Positions 17,542 through 25,783 of a stretch of 27,684 bases of DNA are shown piece by piece. Numbering within the stretch: position 1 is the first letter of the stretch; each line of letters begins with the position of its first letter. Source of the stretch: a virus (Duplodnaviria > Caudoviricetes). The stretch lies in IMG/VR virus record IMGVR_UViG_3300044723_004131, positions 1 through 27,684 of that record. The stretch is one strand, 5' to 3'. Under the pieces are notes generated by a model. The model saw nothing but the letters and a program-made list of their open reading frames with translations. It was not told the origin of the DNA and searched no databases. A program made the position numbers and the translations under genes.

Positions 17542-18447
17542 ATGGCACTTAATTTAGCAAATGTAGAAACCACTGATACGTTTCAGACGTGGTATACTCG
17601 TACTAATGAAATATTGCGAGACGCATTTCCTACTCGCGGAGGAACTATTACCGGAAATCTAGTCGTGTCTGGTAATGCTTCGTTTGTGGGCAACACTACT
17701 CTGTTGAGCGTGACCGAGCTGACAGCTAGAGATGCTATACTGCATCTGGGAGCTAACAACCCTTCCGACATAATTGATTTGGGAGTTGTGGGCACTTATG
17801 TTAGGGGAGATGGTCAGAATACACACACTGGTTTTATTAGAGACTCGGGCACTAAAGAAATTTATTTTATTGATGAGGCCGGTACCGGTCAAGCAGGGCA
17901 GCCATTTAATTCGTTTAACCCTAATGCGGCGGACACTGTACTGGCCAACGTCCATGTAAGAAAACTAACTGGTACGACAGCGTCTTTAAGCGGAAGTGTT
18001 TCCGCATCAGCTTTTGTAGGAGACGGTAGTCAATTAACAAATGCAGGTTCAACTGTTGCTGTAGATGGTGGTGCCAATAGAGACTTGAGCGTTCCGTTTA
18101 CCGGTATCACCACCGGTACAATGACGTCAGCAAACGTTGCTTCATCATTAACCTTTAACCCTTCTACCGGAACACTATCTGCAACAGCGTTTGTGGGCGA
18201 TGGTAGTCAGTTGACCAATGCAGGTTCAGCTGTATCAACTGATTCGGTAAATCATACTTTGTTTGTGCCATTTACAGGTATATCGTCTGGTACAATGACA
18301 AGTGCTAACGTCAACTCATCATTTACCTTTAATCCTAGCACTGGGTTGCTAGAATCTACAAAAGTTAAGACTAGCGATCTACAAGACAGCTCTGGTAGGA
18401 CTTTAACCATCCGGGATGAATCCGGAACAATAGTGTGGGGTGGCTAA
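17542..18447 (+). CDS. Fibre-like virion protein A (two internal ~60-aa repeats)
   Basis: N-terminal 'TTDTFQTWYTRTNEI' attachment-like motif and 2x 'AFVGDGSQLTNAGS...VPFTG...GTMTSANV...TFNPSTG'. SD GAGGT. Confidence 0.7.
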   Translation: MALNLANVETTDTFQTWYTRTNEILRDAFPTRGGTITGNLVVSGNASFVGNTTLLSVTELTARDAILHLGANNPSDIIDLGVVGTYVRGDGQNTHTGFIRDSGTKEIYFIDEAGTGQAGQPFNSFNPNAADTVLANVHVRKLTGTTASLSGSVSASAFVGDGSQLTNAGSTVAVDGGANRDLSVPFTGITTGTMTSANVASSLTFNPSTGTLSATAFVGDGSQLTNAGSAVSTDSVNHTLFVPFTGISSGTMTSANVNSSFTFNPSTGLLESTKVKTSDLQDSSGRTLTIRDESGTIVWGG

Positions 18448-18450
18448 GTA

Positions 18451-19095
18451 ATGTCTATCTATTATCTTGGCGCCGTAGTAGCTAATGTAGCATTATCGGA
18501 CTCGTTTAACACATGGCGAGTTACTACTAACAAAATACTTGAAGACGCTGCCAGTACTTCTAGCAATAACACGTTTGCAGGCACGCTTACGTTTAACGGG
18601 CCCGTTACTTTTAACGGAGCCATGAATACGAGCGGAAGCAGCAGCGGTTTAAATCTTACACTTACAGGAAACGCTGCTGTAGATAAAACTATAACAGCTA
18701 AGGATATTGTAGCTTCTAACAATATCACCACGGCAAATTTAACTTCTCTTGGAACAATTAACGCTAATATAATTAACGCTGAGACTATTACTGCTAATAA
18801 TATTACCGCGGCATCAATAGTAAGAGCCAACAATTTTATTGGTGACGGTAGTTTGCTGACTAACGCTGGGTCAACATCTGCGTTAGACACAGTCGCAAAC
18901 AGGCCTCTCTTGGTCCCGTTCACGGGTGTGACCGCGGGGACAATGACGTCGGCAAACGTAAATCTAACCTTTACGTTTAATCCAGGAAGTGGTCAGTTAT
19001 CAGCCAATTCGATGAAGACCAGCAACCTGCAAGATAGTTCAGGAAGGACTTTAACTATTCGTGATGAAACCGGCACCATTGTCTGGGGTGGTTGA
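18451..19095 (+). CDS. Fibre-like virion protein B, paralog of 17542..18447
   Basis: 'LSDSFNTWRVTTNKI', one 'FIGDGSLLTNAGS...VPFTG..GTMTSANV..TFNP' unit, and a near-identical C-terminus 'LQDSSGRTLTIRDExGTIVWGG'. Confidence 0.7.
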   Translation: MSIYYLGAVVANVALSDSFNTWRVTTNKILEDAASTSSNNTFAGTLTFNGPVTFNGAMNTSGSSSGLNLTLTGNAAVDKTITAKDIVASNNITTANLTSLGTINANIINAETITANNITAASIVRANNFIGDGSLLTNAGSTSALDTVANRPLLVPFTGVTAGTMTSANVNLTFTFNPGSGQLSANSMKTSNLQDSSGRTLTIRDETGTIVWGG

Positions 19096-19097
19096 TA

Positions 19098-21404
19098 ATG
19101 GCTAGACCTAACATATTAACCTTTAAAAGCGGATCTGGCACAGCAACGCTTCAGATGATATCTACGGCAGAATTTAATTCTATTGCCGAGGTAGTGCTGT
19201 CTAAGTTTGCTCGATCTGATGGTCCAGGGTCTTTATTTAGTACAGTAGGGGCCAACGCCAACTACACTTCCATAGGTTCGTTTGTAGATACTAGTACGCA
19301 GGCCGTCGGGTCTACAAATGTATCGCTGTCCTCGAATTTCACTACCCTATATCAAGATTTGACCTCTAACTATGGAGCGCCTTCTGATCGCCCATTAAAG
19401 TGGGATAGTGGCAGCACAGCCATTAAAAAAATATCGGATGCGGAAATAGACGATCTTGCAGATGATATAATTAGCTACATGATTACTAATGAGGGCCCAG
19501 GATCATACAGACTAGCTACGTCATCTCCAGCAGGTACCTATGGTGGTACTTGGAATGCAGTAACTACTATAACCGACAACATCGATCCTACAAATAGTGT
19601 AGTGTATACGCTGTTTAAGAAAACAGCGGGAACGTTGACTATGTCTCAACGACCATTGAGACAGCAAAGCGGTAGTGAATTACAATCAATGACTAATGCT
19701 CAGATAGAGTCTATATCCGAAGCAGTCAGAGACAGAATAGTTAACAATAACATAGGAAAATATTTATTACAAACAACTGCTCCTGGAACTGGCACATGGG
19801 CTAATGTTGGAAGCATAACTGACACTCGTAGAGCTATAGTAAATGTGCCTACTGGATATACTGGCTCGTTTGTCGGTGACTCTGGTACATACGTTGGTGT
19901 AGGTCCTTATGCTGGGCCCGTGGCCTTCAGCGGTGACTCTGGCTCGTATGTTGGCGAAGCCTCATATGCTGGGCCCGTGGCCTTCAGCGGTGACTCTGGC
20001 TCGTATGTTGGTGAAGCCTCATATGCCGGGCCCGTTACCTTTTTTGGTGACTCTGGCTCGTATGTTGGTGATGGGCCTTTTGCTGGTGACGCAGGATTTA
20101 CAGGCGGCGCTACCTACGTAGGGCCAATAACATACACGGGTCCAGCCTCATACGTTGGTACTGGAGCATGGTCAGCGTCCGTAACTTATTACGCACCTGC
20201 AACGTATGTTGGGCCTGCAACGTACGTTGGACCACAGACCTACTTTGGTCCAACAGCATATACCGGTACTGCAAGCTATACAGGCCCACAAACATATGTT
20301 GGGCCTGCATCGTACGTTGGGCCAGATACATTCGTAGGGCCAGCTACATTTTTAGGCACCTATACAGGAGCAGCTTCATACGTTGGTCCAGCTTCGTACA
20401 CTGGATGGATACCTTCATTTGGTCCAGCTAACTATTACGGTGCGGCTACCTTTACGGGTAACTACGTAGGTGGTAGTCCAGCAAACTATGTTGGCGAAGC
20501 TGGATTTGTTGGGGCGCCAGTAGAGACTACCTTTTATGGGCCTGATGGTGGGCCCGCAGGGACGTTCTTTGGCCCCCCATTTTTTCCCGGGCCATTTGGA
20601 TCACAGATCCCCTCGGTCTACTATGGCCCAGCACAGTACGTAGGAACTACAACGCCAACATACACCGGGCCCGCAACTTACACTGGTCTTTCGGAAACGA
20701 CTTATGTAGGTAACTACGTAGGTTTTATTAATTACTTTGCCGCAGTAGGTGATGCAGGTGCCGCAGTGTATTATGGTGTGGACGGGCCCTTTACCGGAAC
20801 GTATCCGTGGGTGGGTACTTCAGGTTACATAGGTAACTACTATGGCCTGTATCCGTGGGCTGGCACAGCGAGTTTTATAGGTACTTATCCGTGGTTAGGA
20901 GAAGCCAATTTTTCTGGTAACGTAAATTATACCGGTGAAGGTCCCTTTTCTGGCGAATCACCTTTTAGTGGGCAAGGGCCTTTTGCAGGATTTGTAGGGT
21001 ACAACACTATCGAAACAAGTTTTGAGCCCAATACAGTGCCATATACGGGTGACAACGAGCCTTACGTTGCTGTGTTCCCATTTAGTGGCACGGCTACGTA
21101 TGTTGGGCCACAGACCTACTTTGGGCCGACTACATATACTGGGCCTACTGGATATGTTGGCGATGTGAGTTACGCTGGACCAGCTACATATACTGGACCT
21201 ACTGGATATGTTGGCGATGTGAGTTACGTAGGGCCTGCTACGTACATTGGCCCGGCAGACTATGTTAGTGATGTAAACTTTTTTGGCGTAACAACTTATA
21301 CAGGGCCTATAGGGTACAGCGGTACATACACCGGTGACTTACCTACTGTCGACAGTTCTACTACTACAGTTACTACTATTAATCTTTGGAGACGAACGGC
21401 GTAA
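19098..21404 (+). CDS. Gly/Tyr/Pro/Thr-rich repeat protein (putative virion filament/whisker)
   Basis: The ATG at 19098 is a likelier start than the TTG at 19092. Three ~85-aa N-terminal repeats, then about 70 [YFW]-x-G motifs mostly at a 6-residue period. Confidence 0.8.
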   Translation: MARPNILTFKSGSGTATLQMISTAEFNSIAEVVLSKFARSDGPGSLFSTVGANANYTSIGSFVDTSTQAVGSTNVSLSSNFTTLYQDLTSNYGAPSDRPLKWDSGSTAIKKISDAEIDDLADDIISYMITNEGPGSYRLATSSPAGTYGGTWNAVTTITDNIDPTNSVVYTLFKKTAGTLTMSQRPLRQQSGSELQSMTNAQIESISEAVRDRIVNNNIGKYLLQTTAPGTGTWANVGSITDTRRAIVNVPTGYTGSFVGDSGTYVGVGPYAGPVAFSGDSGSYVGEASYAGPVAFSGDSGSYVGEASYAGPVTFFGDSGSYVGDGPFAGDAGFTGGATYVGPITYTGPASYVGTGAWSASVTYYAPATYVGPATYVGPQTYFGPTAYTGTASYTGPQTYVGPASYVGPDTFVGPATFLGTYTGAASYVGPASYTGWIPSFGPANYYGAATFTGNYVGGSPANYVGEAGFVGAPVETTFYGPDGGPAGTFFGPPFFPGPFGSQIPSVYYGPAQYVGTTTPTYTGPATYTGLSETTYVGNYVGFINYFAAVGDAGAAVYYGVDGPFTGTYPWVGTSGYIGNYYGLYPWAGTASFIGTYPWLGEANFSGNVNYTGEGPFSGESPFSGQGPFAGFVGYNTIETSFEPNTVPYTGDNEPYVAVFPFSGTATYVGPQTYFGPTTYTGPTGYVGDVSYAGPATYTGPTGYVGDVSYVGPATYIGPADYVSDVNFFGVTTYTGPIGYSGTYTGDLPTVDSSTTTVTTINLWRRTA
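19875..20072 (+). repeat. 57-bp tandem repeat, about 3.5 copies (19-aa unit GDSGSYVGEASYAGPVAFS)
   Basis: 'ggtgactctgg' recurs at 19875, 19932, 19989 and 20046. The middle copies are nearly identical. Confidence 0.92.
21130..21237 (+). repeat. 54-bp tandem repeat, 2 near-identical copies plus degenerate continuation (18-aa unit TYTGPTGYVGDVSYxGPA)
   Basis: 'ctacatatactggRcctactggatatgttggcgatgtgagttacg' at 21130 and 21184. Confidence 0.9.
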
Positions 21405-21410
21405 TACATT

Positions 21411-21902
21411 ATGAAATATGAAAGATTGGCTAGGCCTAGGTTTGTCAACCCAGGCACCATAGAATGCAGAGGTACGTTTCCTGATGGCACCTTTGAAAAA
21501 CTGGAAGTATCTGTTCCTGAAAATGACCAGAAAGGTGTAAATGAGCTCTTTGATTACCTGTGTCACAGGTACGATATTGCCGATCTCAGATCACAATATG
21601 AAATTCAATTAAAGCGCCATAGGGCCCGTCAAGAAATTGAAAAGGAAAAGGATCGTCAGAAAAAAGAAAATGAGCGATTAAAGGCCTTGTTTAGCGAAAA
21701 GGCATTAATATTTTCTACTCAATTTATTAAAGATTCTGGGCCCGAAGTACGATCTGCATTGCGTAGGGCCCCCGATAAAATTACTTTATCTGCGATATTA
21801 GCACATAGCTTTAATAAGTACCTTACCGACAATAACATGAGTTACAATGACTACTTAGACTACCTAGACGGTTTAACGTATGATCTTGATGACAACAAAT
21901 GA
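21411..21902 (+). CDS. Hypothetical protein with charged coiled coil (possible chaperone/assembly factor of the repeat protein)
   Basis: 163-aa ORF 6 nt downstream of the repeat gene, with an ATGA overlap into the next gene. The function is inferred from position only. Confidence 0.65.
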   Translation: MKYERLARPRFVNPGTIECRGTFPDGTFEKLEVSVPENDQKGVNELFDYLCHRYDIADLRSQYEIQLKRHRARQEIEKEKDRQKKENERLKALFSEKALIFSTQFIKDSGPEVRSALRRAPDKITLSAILAHSFNKYLTDNNMSYNDYLDYLDGLTYDLDDNK

Positions 21903-22690
21903 GCGAAGGTTACATCTACATAGCATCCCTAAAGAAGCTATATTACGAACTGGGATTAGAGTCAGCAATGGGTTTAAGAGATTTTTACCCAGAAGCTAAT
22001 ATTACTCTTTTTACTCACGATAAGTTCATCGATGACGATAGACCCTTCCAGGTTTTCAACAACGTTGTAACAAACATACCAATACACCGAAGAGCTAAAA
22101 TGTGGTGTATGGCTAGAACGCCATACGATAAAACTTATTACAACGATTGCGATTCCTTTGTAGTTCATCCAGACATTAGCAAAGTTTTTAATGATATGGG
22201 TGACAAGATTTACATGTGTAAAAATTTAATGCACACGGTCTCTCAAAAAGTACTTACTTATTTTGACGATCAAGGTAATTTTCCAATATATCACGGTGCG
22301 GTGGCCTGGTACAAAAAGAACGACTATAATATAGAATTTATGGATGCTTGGTGGAAAGGGTATATTAAACAGCTACATAGTCCGTGGGATCAACCTTACA
22401 ATCCTGTCTGGCAAAGGTTTGATATGTTTACCTTGTGGAGGCTCCACACCGGCCGTATCCCAGGCCTGGAAAAATTTGACGGAGCAGTAATTACAGGCGA
22501 TCGAAGGTTCAACTGTACCACCATTGATGGTCGGAAAAATGATACTAAGTTACCACCGGTAGTAATGCAATTTCCAAGATCAGACCACAAAAAACTTGAA
22601 GGCTACAAGCCGCTTTATAAGAGACTAGAAGATGCACCAACTTTCACTGACTGGCAGTACACTACTGAAGACTCTATCGAGTTTAACTAA
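21899..22690 (+). CDS. Putative GT-A fold glycosyltransferase (GT8/nucleotide-diphospho-sugar transferase-like)
   Basis: N-terminal 'GYIYIAS...ANITLFT' and 'ARTPYDKTYYNDCDSFVV' (xPYDxTxxxDxD motif). 'YHGAVAWY', 'FDMFTLW' and 'RRFN' correspond to the GT8-like NxG/DQ/YN elements. Confidence 0.65.
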   Translation: MSEGYIYIASLKKLYYELGLESAMGLRDFYPEANITLFTHDKFIDDDRPFQVFNNVVTNIPIHRRAKMWCMARTPYDKTYYNDCDSFVVHPDISKVFNDMGDKIYMCKNLMHTVSQKVLTYFDDQGNFPIYHGAVAWYKKNDYNIEFMDAWWKGYIKQLHSPWDQPYNPVWQRFDMFTLWRLHTGRIPGLEKFDGAVITGDRRFNCTTIDGRKNDTKLPPVVMQFPRSDHKKLEGYKPLYKRLEDAPTFTDWQYTTEDSIEFN

Positions 22691-23321
22691 TAGCGTATTC
22701 AATACTGACGAAAATCTAAACGGGTTGATTAAAAGGTCCAGTGAAAGAAAGGACGATAAAGTAGTCAACGCCATAGGTTATTCTAATGAATATCTTAAGC
22801 AAGCTCTTAAGTTTCCCGTTACTGATTTTGCTTTTCCTAGATGTAAGTTTGGCGTAGATACTCAGATTAACGAGCCTCGAGAAAGTAAATTTTGGCAGGA
22901 TCTTGCAAAACCTCACCTTTTAAGAATCCAAAATTTTATAGGTTCACCTTTAAATGCTCTTTGTATGTTTTATCCCTCAGAAGGGTACATTGGATGGCAT
23001 CACAACGGTAATGCTTCTGGTTGGAACTTTATCTTGACCTACAGTGTGGACGGTGATGGTTACTTCAAATACTATAATCAGCATACCGATGAATTTGTTA
23101 CATTGCAAGACGAGCCTGGATGGAACTTTAGATTTGGTTATTACCCCAACCAACAGACAGAGCCCGAGAACGTTTTTTGGCATTGTGCTTACACAAAAAA
23201 GCCAAGGTGTACGATTGGATTCATAGTTCCTAACAAAGACGTGTGGCAGTCAATTGTAGAAGAGTGTGTTGACATTAACAGCGTGCCGTTTGATATTTCA
23301 GAGGTTGGCCCCAAAGAATAA
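22632..23321 (+). CDS. Putative double-stranded beta-helix (Fe(II)/2OG-like) oxygenase with HxN...H motif
   Basis: 'FYPSEGYIGWHHN', 'FWHCAYTKKPRCTIGF' (distal His and Arg about 8 residues later). Start uncertain (59-nt overlap with the upstream gene). Confidence 0.6.
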   Translation: MHQLSLTGSTLLKTLSSLTNSVFNTDENLNGLIKRSSERKDDKVVNAIGYSNEYLKQALKFPVTDFAFPRCKFGVDTQINEPRESKFWQDLAKPHLLRIQNFIGSPLNALCMFYPSEGYIGWHHNGNASGWNFILTYSVDGDGYFKYYNQHTDEFVTLQDEPGWNFRFGYYPNQQTEPENVFWHCAYTKKPRCTIGFIVPNKDVWQSIVEECVDINSVPFDISEVGPKE

Positions 23322-24103
23322 TGTTGGACATACAGTGGAGAAGCGCTTTTGGTTATGGTGATTTTGTTACTGGTTTAGGCTATGCTCACGGAGCATCTAT
23401 TAAGTACGAAACTGATGTGCAGTTAACATTTCATTGGGATCAGGACTTGGATCATAAAGAGCACCCAGGTGAAACTGAAACTATTGTTGAAAGAATGTAT
23501 TACGTTTATAATACGATGACTCCTCTAGAAAATGTAATCGTAAAGCACAATACCAATAGTAAACTTGATTACAGATTTATTAACAACCTAGACGAGTTTA
23601 ATCCTCTTCACGGATTGTGGTATAGTAGTCTTCTTAATACAACCAACAATACTGTAGTATTGTGGCGTTCCAAATACAATACGTTCTTTCCAGGCATGCA
23701 AAAAGACCCGGCGTGCAATGATTGGGATTACATTATAAAAAAGTTGATTGATAGTGGTTATGACGTTAGAGAGGTCACTTACAGAACCCCTATTAATGAA
23801 GTTATGGAGCTTATAAGGACCTGTAAGTTTGGTATAGGATACGACGGGCTAATCCATCAGCTTTATAAGTTTATGTGGAAGCCACTTATAGTAGTTTGTC
23901 AAAGACATAGTCTTAATCGTTTGCTAATACCTCAAGCTGCCTTAGTTTCTAACTGCGAACAATTGTTTGAAAAAGGTATAACCAATTTAGTCAACGAATC
24001 CATGAATCGTTGCGCAATCATAAGAGAGCAGCATAAAAATTGGATGTCAGATAAACAAGTAGCCTTTAAGCACGACCTTTTCAACAAAAAAATAGGCAAA
24101 TGA
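23321..24103 (+). CDS. Putative GT-B fold glycosyltransferase (GT9/heptosyltransferase-like)
   Basis: N-terminal 'GYGDFV' and C-terminal 'INEVMELIRTCKFGIGYDGLIHQLYKFMWKPLIVV' resemble the GT9 'lGD' and 'L.ELAALI..A..FIGxDSG.MHLA....KP.V.L' motifs. Confidence 0.55.
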   Translation: MLDIQWRSAFGYGDFVTGLGYAHGASIKYETDVQLTFHWDQDLDHKEHPGETETIVERMYYVYNTMTPLENVIVKHNTNSKLDYRFINNLDEFNPLHGLWYSSLLNTTNNTVVLWRSKYNTFFPGMQKDPACNDWDYIIKKLIDSGYDVREVTYRTPINEVMELIRTCKFGIGYDGLIHQLYKFMWKPLIVVCQRHSLNRLLIPQAALVSNCEQLFEKGITNLVNESMNRCAIIREQHKNWMSDKQVAFKHDLFNKKIGK

Positions 24104-25119
24104 ATACATTTAAAATACCATTAAACATTGATCGGGCTGTTATTGAAGTAAACGGCGGTTGCAACTACACCTGTGATATGTGTCCACAAACTAATGCGGA
24201 TGGTTCTACTGGTGCTAGAGGTAAGGATTGGTTAAAAAAAATGTCCTTGTCTGATTTTGAGTATGTAGTTTCGGAATGCGCAGCTGCTGGTCTTAACGTT
24301 GTTAATTTAGAAGGATCTGGCGAACCTACTTTAGCTAGAAATTTACCAAAATATATTGAAATAGTAAGAAAATATAATGCTAAGGCGTTTATCTATACTA
24401 ATGGTTACAATCTTCATAATAATTTTATGATGAGTTGTGTTGATGCTGGTTTAAGTTTGGCTAGGTTTTCAATTATTGGTTACAACCAGTCTACATATAA
24501 AAAATGGATGAATCGGGATGCGTTTGACTGGGTAAAAAGGAACGCTATTAATATGCAGGAGTACATTGGTAAGATTAATAGTGAGTGTATAGTAGCTTCA
24601 TATCATTTAATATTAGACAACAATAATGTTGATTTTGAAGTAGAGCAATACCAACGTAATTTTATAGATGATGTTCAGTCAAATGCAGAGATATGGAAAA
24701 TGCACAACTGGTCGGGTATATACGATGTTGACTATAAGCGACAGGGACAAAAAAGATCTTGTGGACGGCCGTTTGCACCAGACTTAACAGTCAGAGCTGG
24801 TGGCACAAGCGGTACTAAATTGTCCGTGGCGCCTTGTTGCCAGACCTTGGGAAGGGATGATGAAGCCGACCTGGGTTCAATAAACACCAACACTTTAGAG
24901 GAAGTGTGGAATGGTGAGAGGTATACGTGGCTAAGACAAATGCATTATGAAGAAAGGTTTGATGAAGTGCCTTTCTGTAAAGACTGTGATTTTTTGTACG
25001 AAGATAGCGAAGTCTTGGTGTGGAGTAACAATGGCATGGTCGATTTGGACAAAATGAAAGGAACTATGTTTACTTTAAAAGATTTTAAAAAACCCGATAC
25101 CATTCGAATTGTAGAGTAG
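24100..25119 (+). CDS. Radical SAM enzyme with C-terminal SPASM/twitch domain
   Basis: CxxxCxxC 'CNYTCDMC', 'GSGEPTL', 'YTNG'. C-terminal 'SCGRPF...APCC...LGSINTNTLEEVWNG...FCKDC'. Confidence 0.93.
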   Translation: MNTFKIPLNIDRAVIEVNGGCNYTCDMCPQTNADGSTGARGKDWLKKMSLSDFEYVVSECAAAGLNVVNLEGSGEPTLARNLPKYIEIVRKYNAKAFIYTNGYNLHNNFMMSCVDAGLSLARFSIIGYNQSTYKKWMNRDAFDWVKRNAINMQEYIGKINSECIVASYHLILDNNNVDFEVEQYQRNFIDDVQSNAEIWKMHNWSGIYDVDYKRQGQKRSCGRPFAPDLTVRAGGTSGTKLSVAPCCQTLGRDDEADLGSINTNTLEEVWNGERYTWLRQMHYEERFDEVPFCKDCDFLYEDSEVLVWSNNGMVDLDKMKGTMFTLKDFKKPDTIRIVE

Positions 25120-25783
25120 GTTTATGAGGATCGGGGGTGGCCATTCTATCACTTATTAGTTTAAGATGGGTGTGTTCGTCATTGCTTGAAATTAGGTTAT
25201 CGTTAGATAATAAACCGCTTGTGCCGCTTCTGACTAATATCATATCGATATCGTACAGGAGTTTTTCTTTTCCTCCAGCAGCCCGCAATTGTATGAAAAA
25301 CTCGCGATCCCCCCAACGTTGGCCAACTATTTCCTCGTCATATCCTCCAACTGATAAGAATAAGCCTTTGTTGATTAAATAATCATTTACAGACGCGTGA
25401 ACATTTTGCCCCGTCTTTTCTAAATGAGCCATAAATAGATAGCGATATGAATTATTAAGATACATGTTTTTAAATTTGTGAAATGCAGTTTTTGGTCTAA
25501 GTAGCGCTCTATCTACATCTAACAAAACAATCCAGTCGTTAGAGGATTGATGCACTATTAGGTTTCTACAACCGTGGGAGTTAAATCCTATGTCGGCTTT
25601 GACCTCTAGAAGTTTTAAGTTAGGAGCCGGCTTTAGAAATGATTTGGCATCTATAGTTGAACCGTCGTCAACTACAATTAGTTCGTCGACATGTGGTAGA
25701 TTGTTGTATACAAATTCTTGAAGGAGGTCGGGGCAATTGTAGTACGTTGTGCCCAGAGTTATTTTGCGAGAAGAAGATTTCAT
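25085..25783 (-). CDS. Glycosyltransferase family 2 with GT7-C-like motif
   Basis: 'ITLGTTYYN', 'ELIVVDDGS', 'GFNSHGCRNL', 'WIVLLDVD', 'VGGYDEEIVGQRWGDREF'. Confidence 0.88.
   Translation of the reverse strand: MKSSSRKITLGTTYYNCPDLLQEFVYNNLPHVDELIVVDDGSTIDAKSFLKPAPNLKLLEVKADIGFNSHGCRNLIVHQSSNDWIVLLDVDRALLRPKTAFHKFKNMYLNNSYRYLFMAHLEKTGQNVHASVNDYLINKGLFLSVGGYDEEIVGQRWGDREFFIQLRAAGGKEKLLYDIDMILVRSGTSGLLSNDNLISSNDEHTHLKLISDRMATPDPHKPTLQFEWYRVF

Noticed and set aside
18445-18453. In-frame TAA-GTA-ATG junction allowing read-through fusion of the two fibre genes
   Set aside because: TAA is used as a genuine stop throughout the window, and each paralog has its own complete N- and C-terminal motifs. 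A one-in-three chance explains the shared frame.
18360-19095. Similar 3' ends of the two fibre paralogs as a possible DGR template/variable repeat pair
   Set aside because: Differences are mostly synonymous and not adenine-specific, both copies are coding, and there is no reverse transcriptase in the window.
19875-21237. Tandem 57-bp and 54-bp repeats as a CRISPR array or iterons
   Set aside because: There are no unique spacers, and the units are multiples of 3 lying in frame within a coding repeat.
19857-21335. Collagen-like triple helix
   Set aside because: Gly recurs mainly every 6 residues with bulky aromatics, not as uninterrupted Gly-X-Y.
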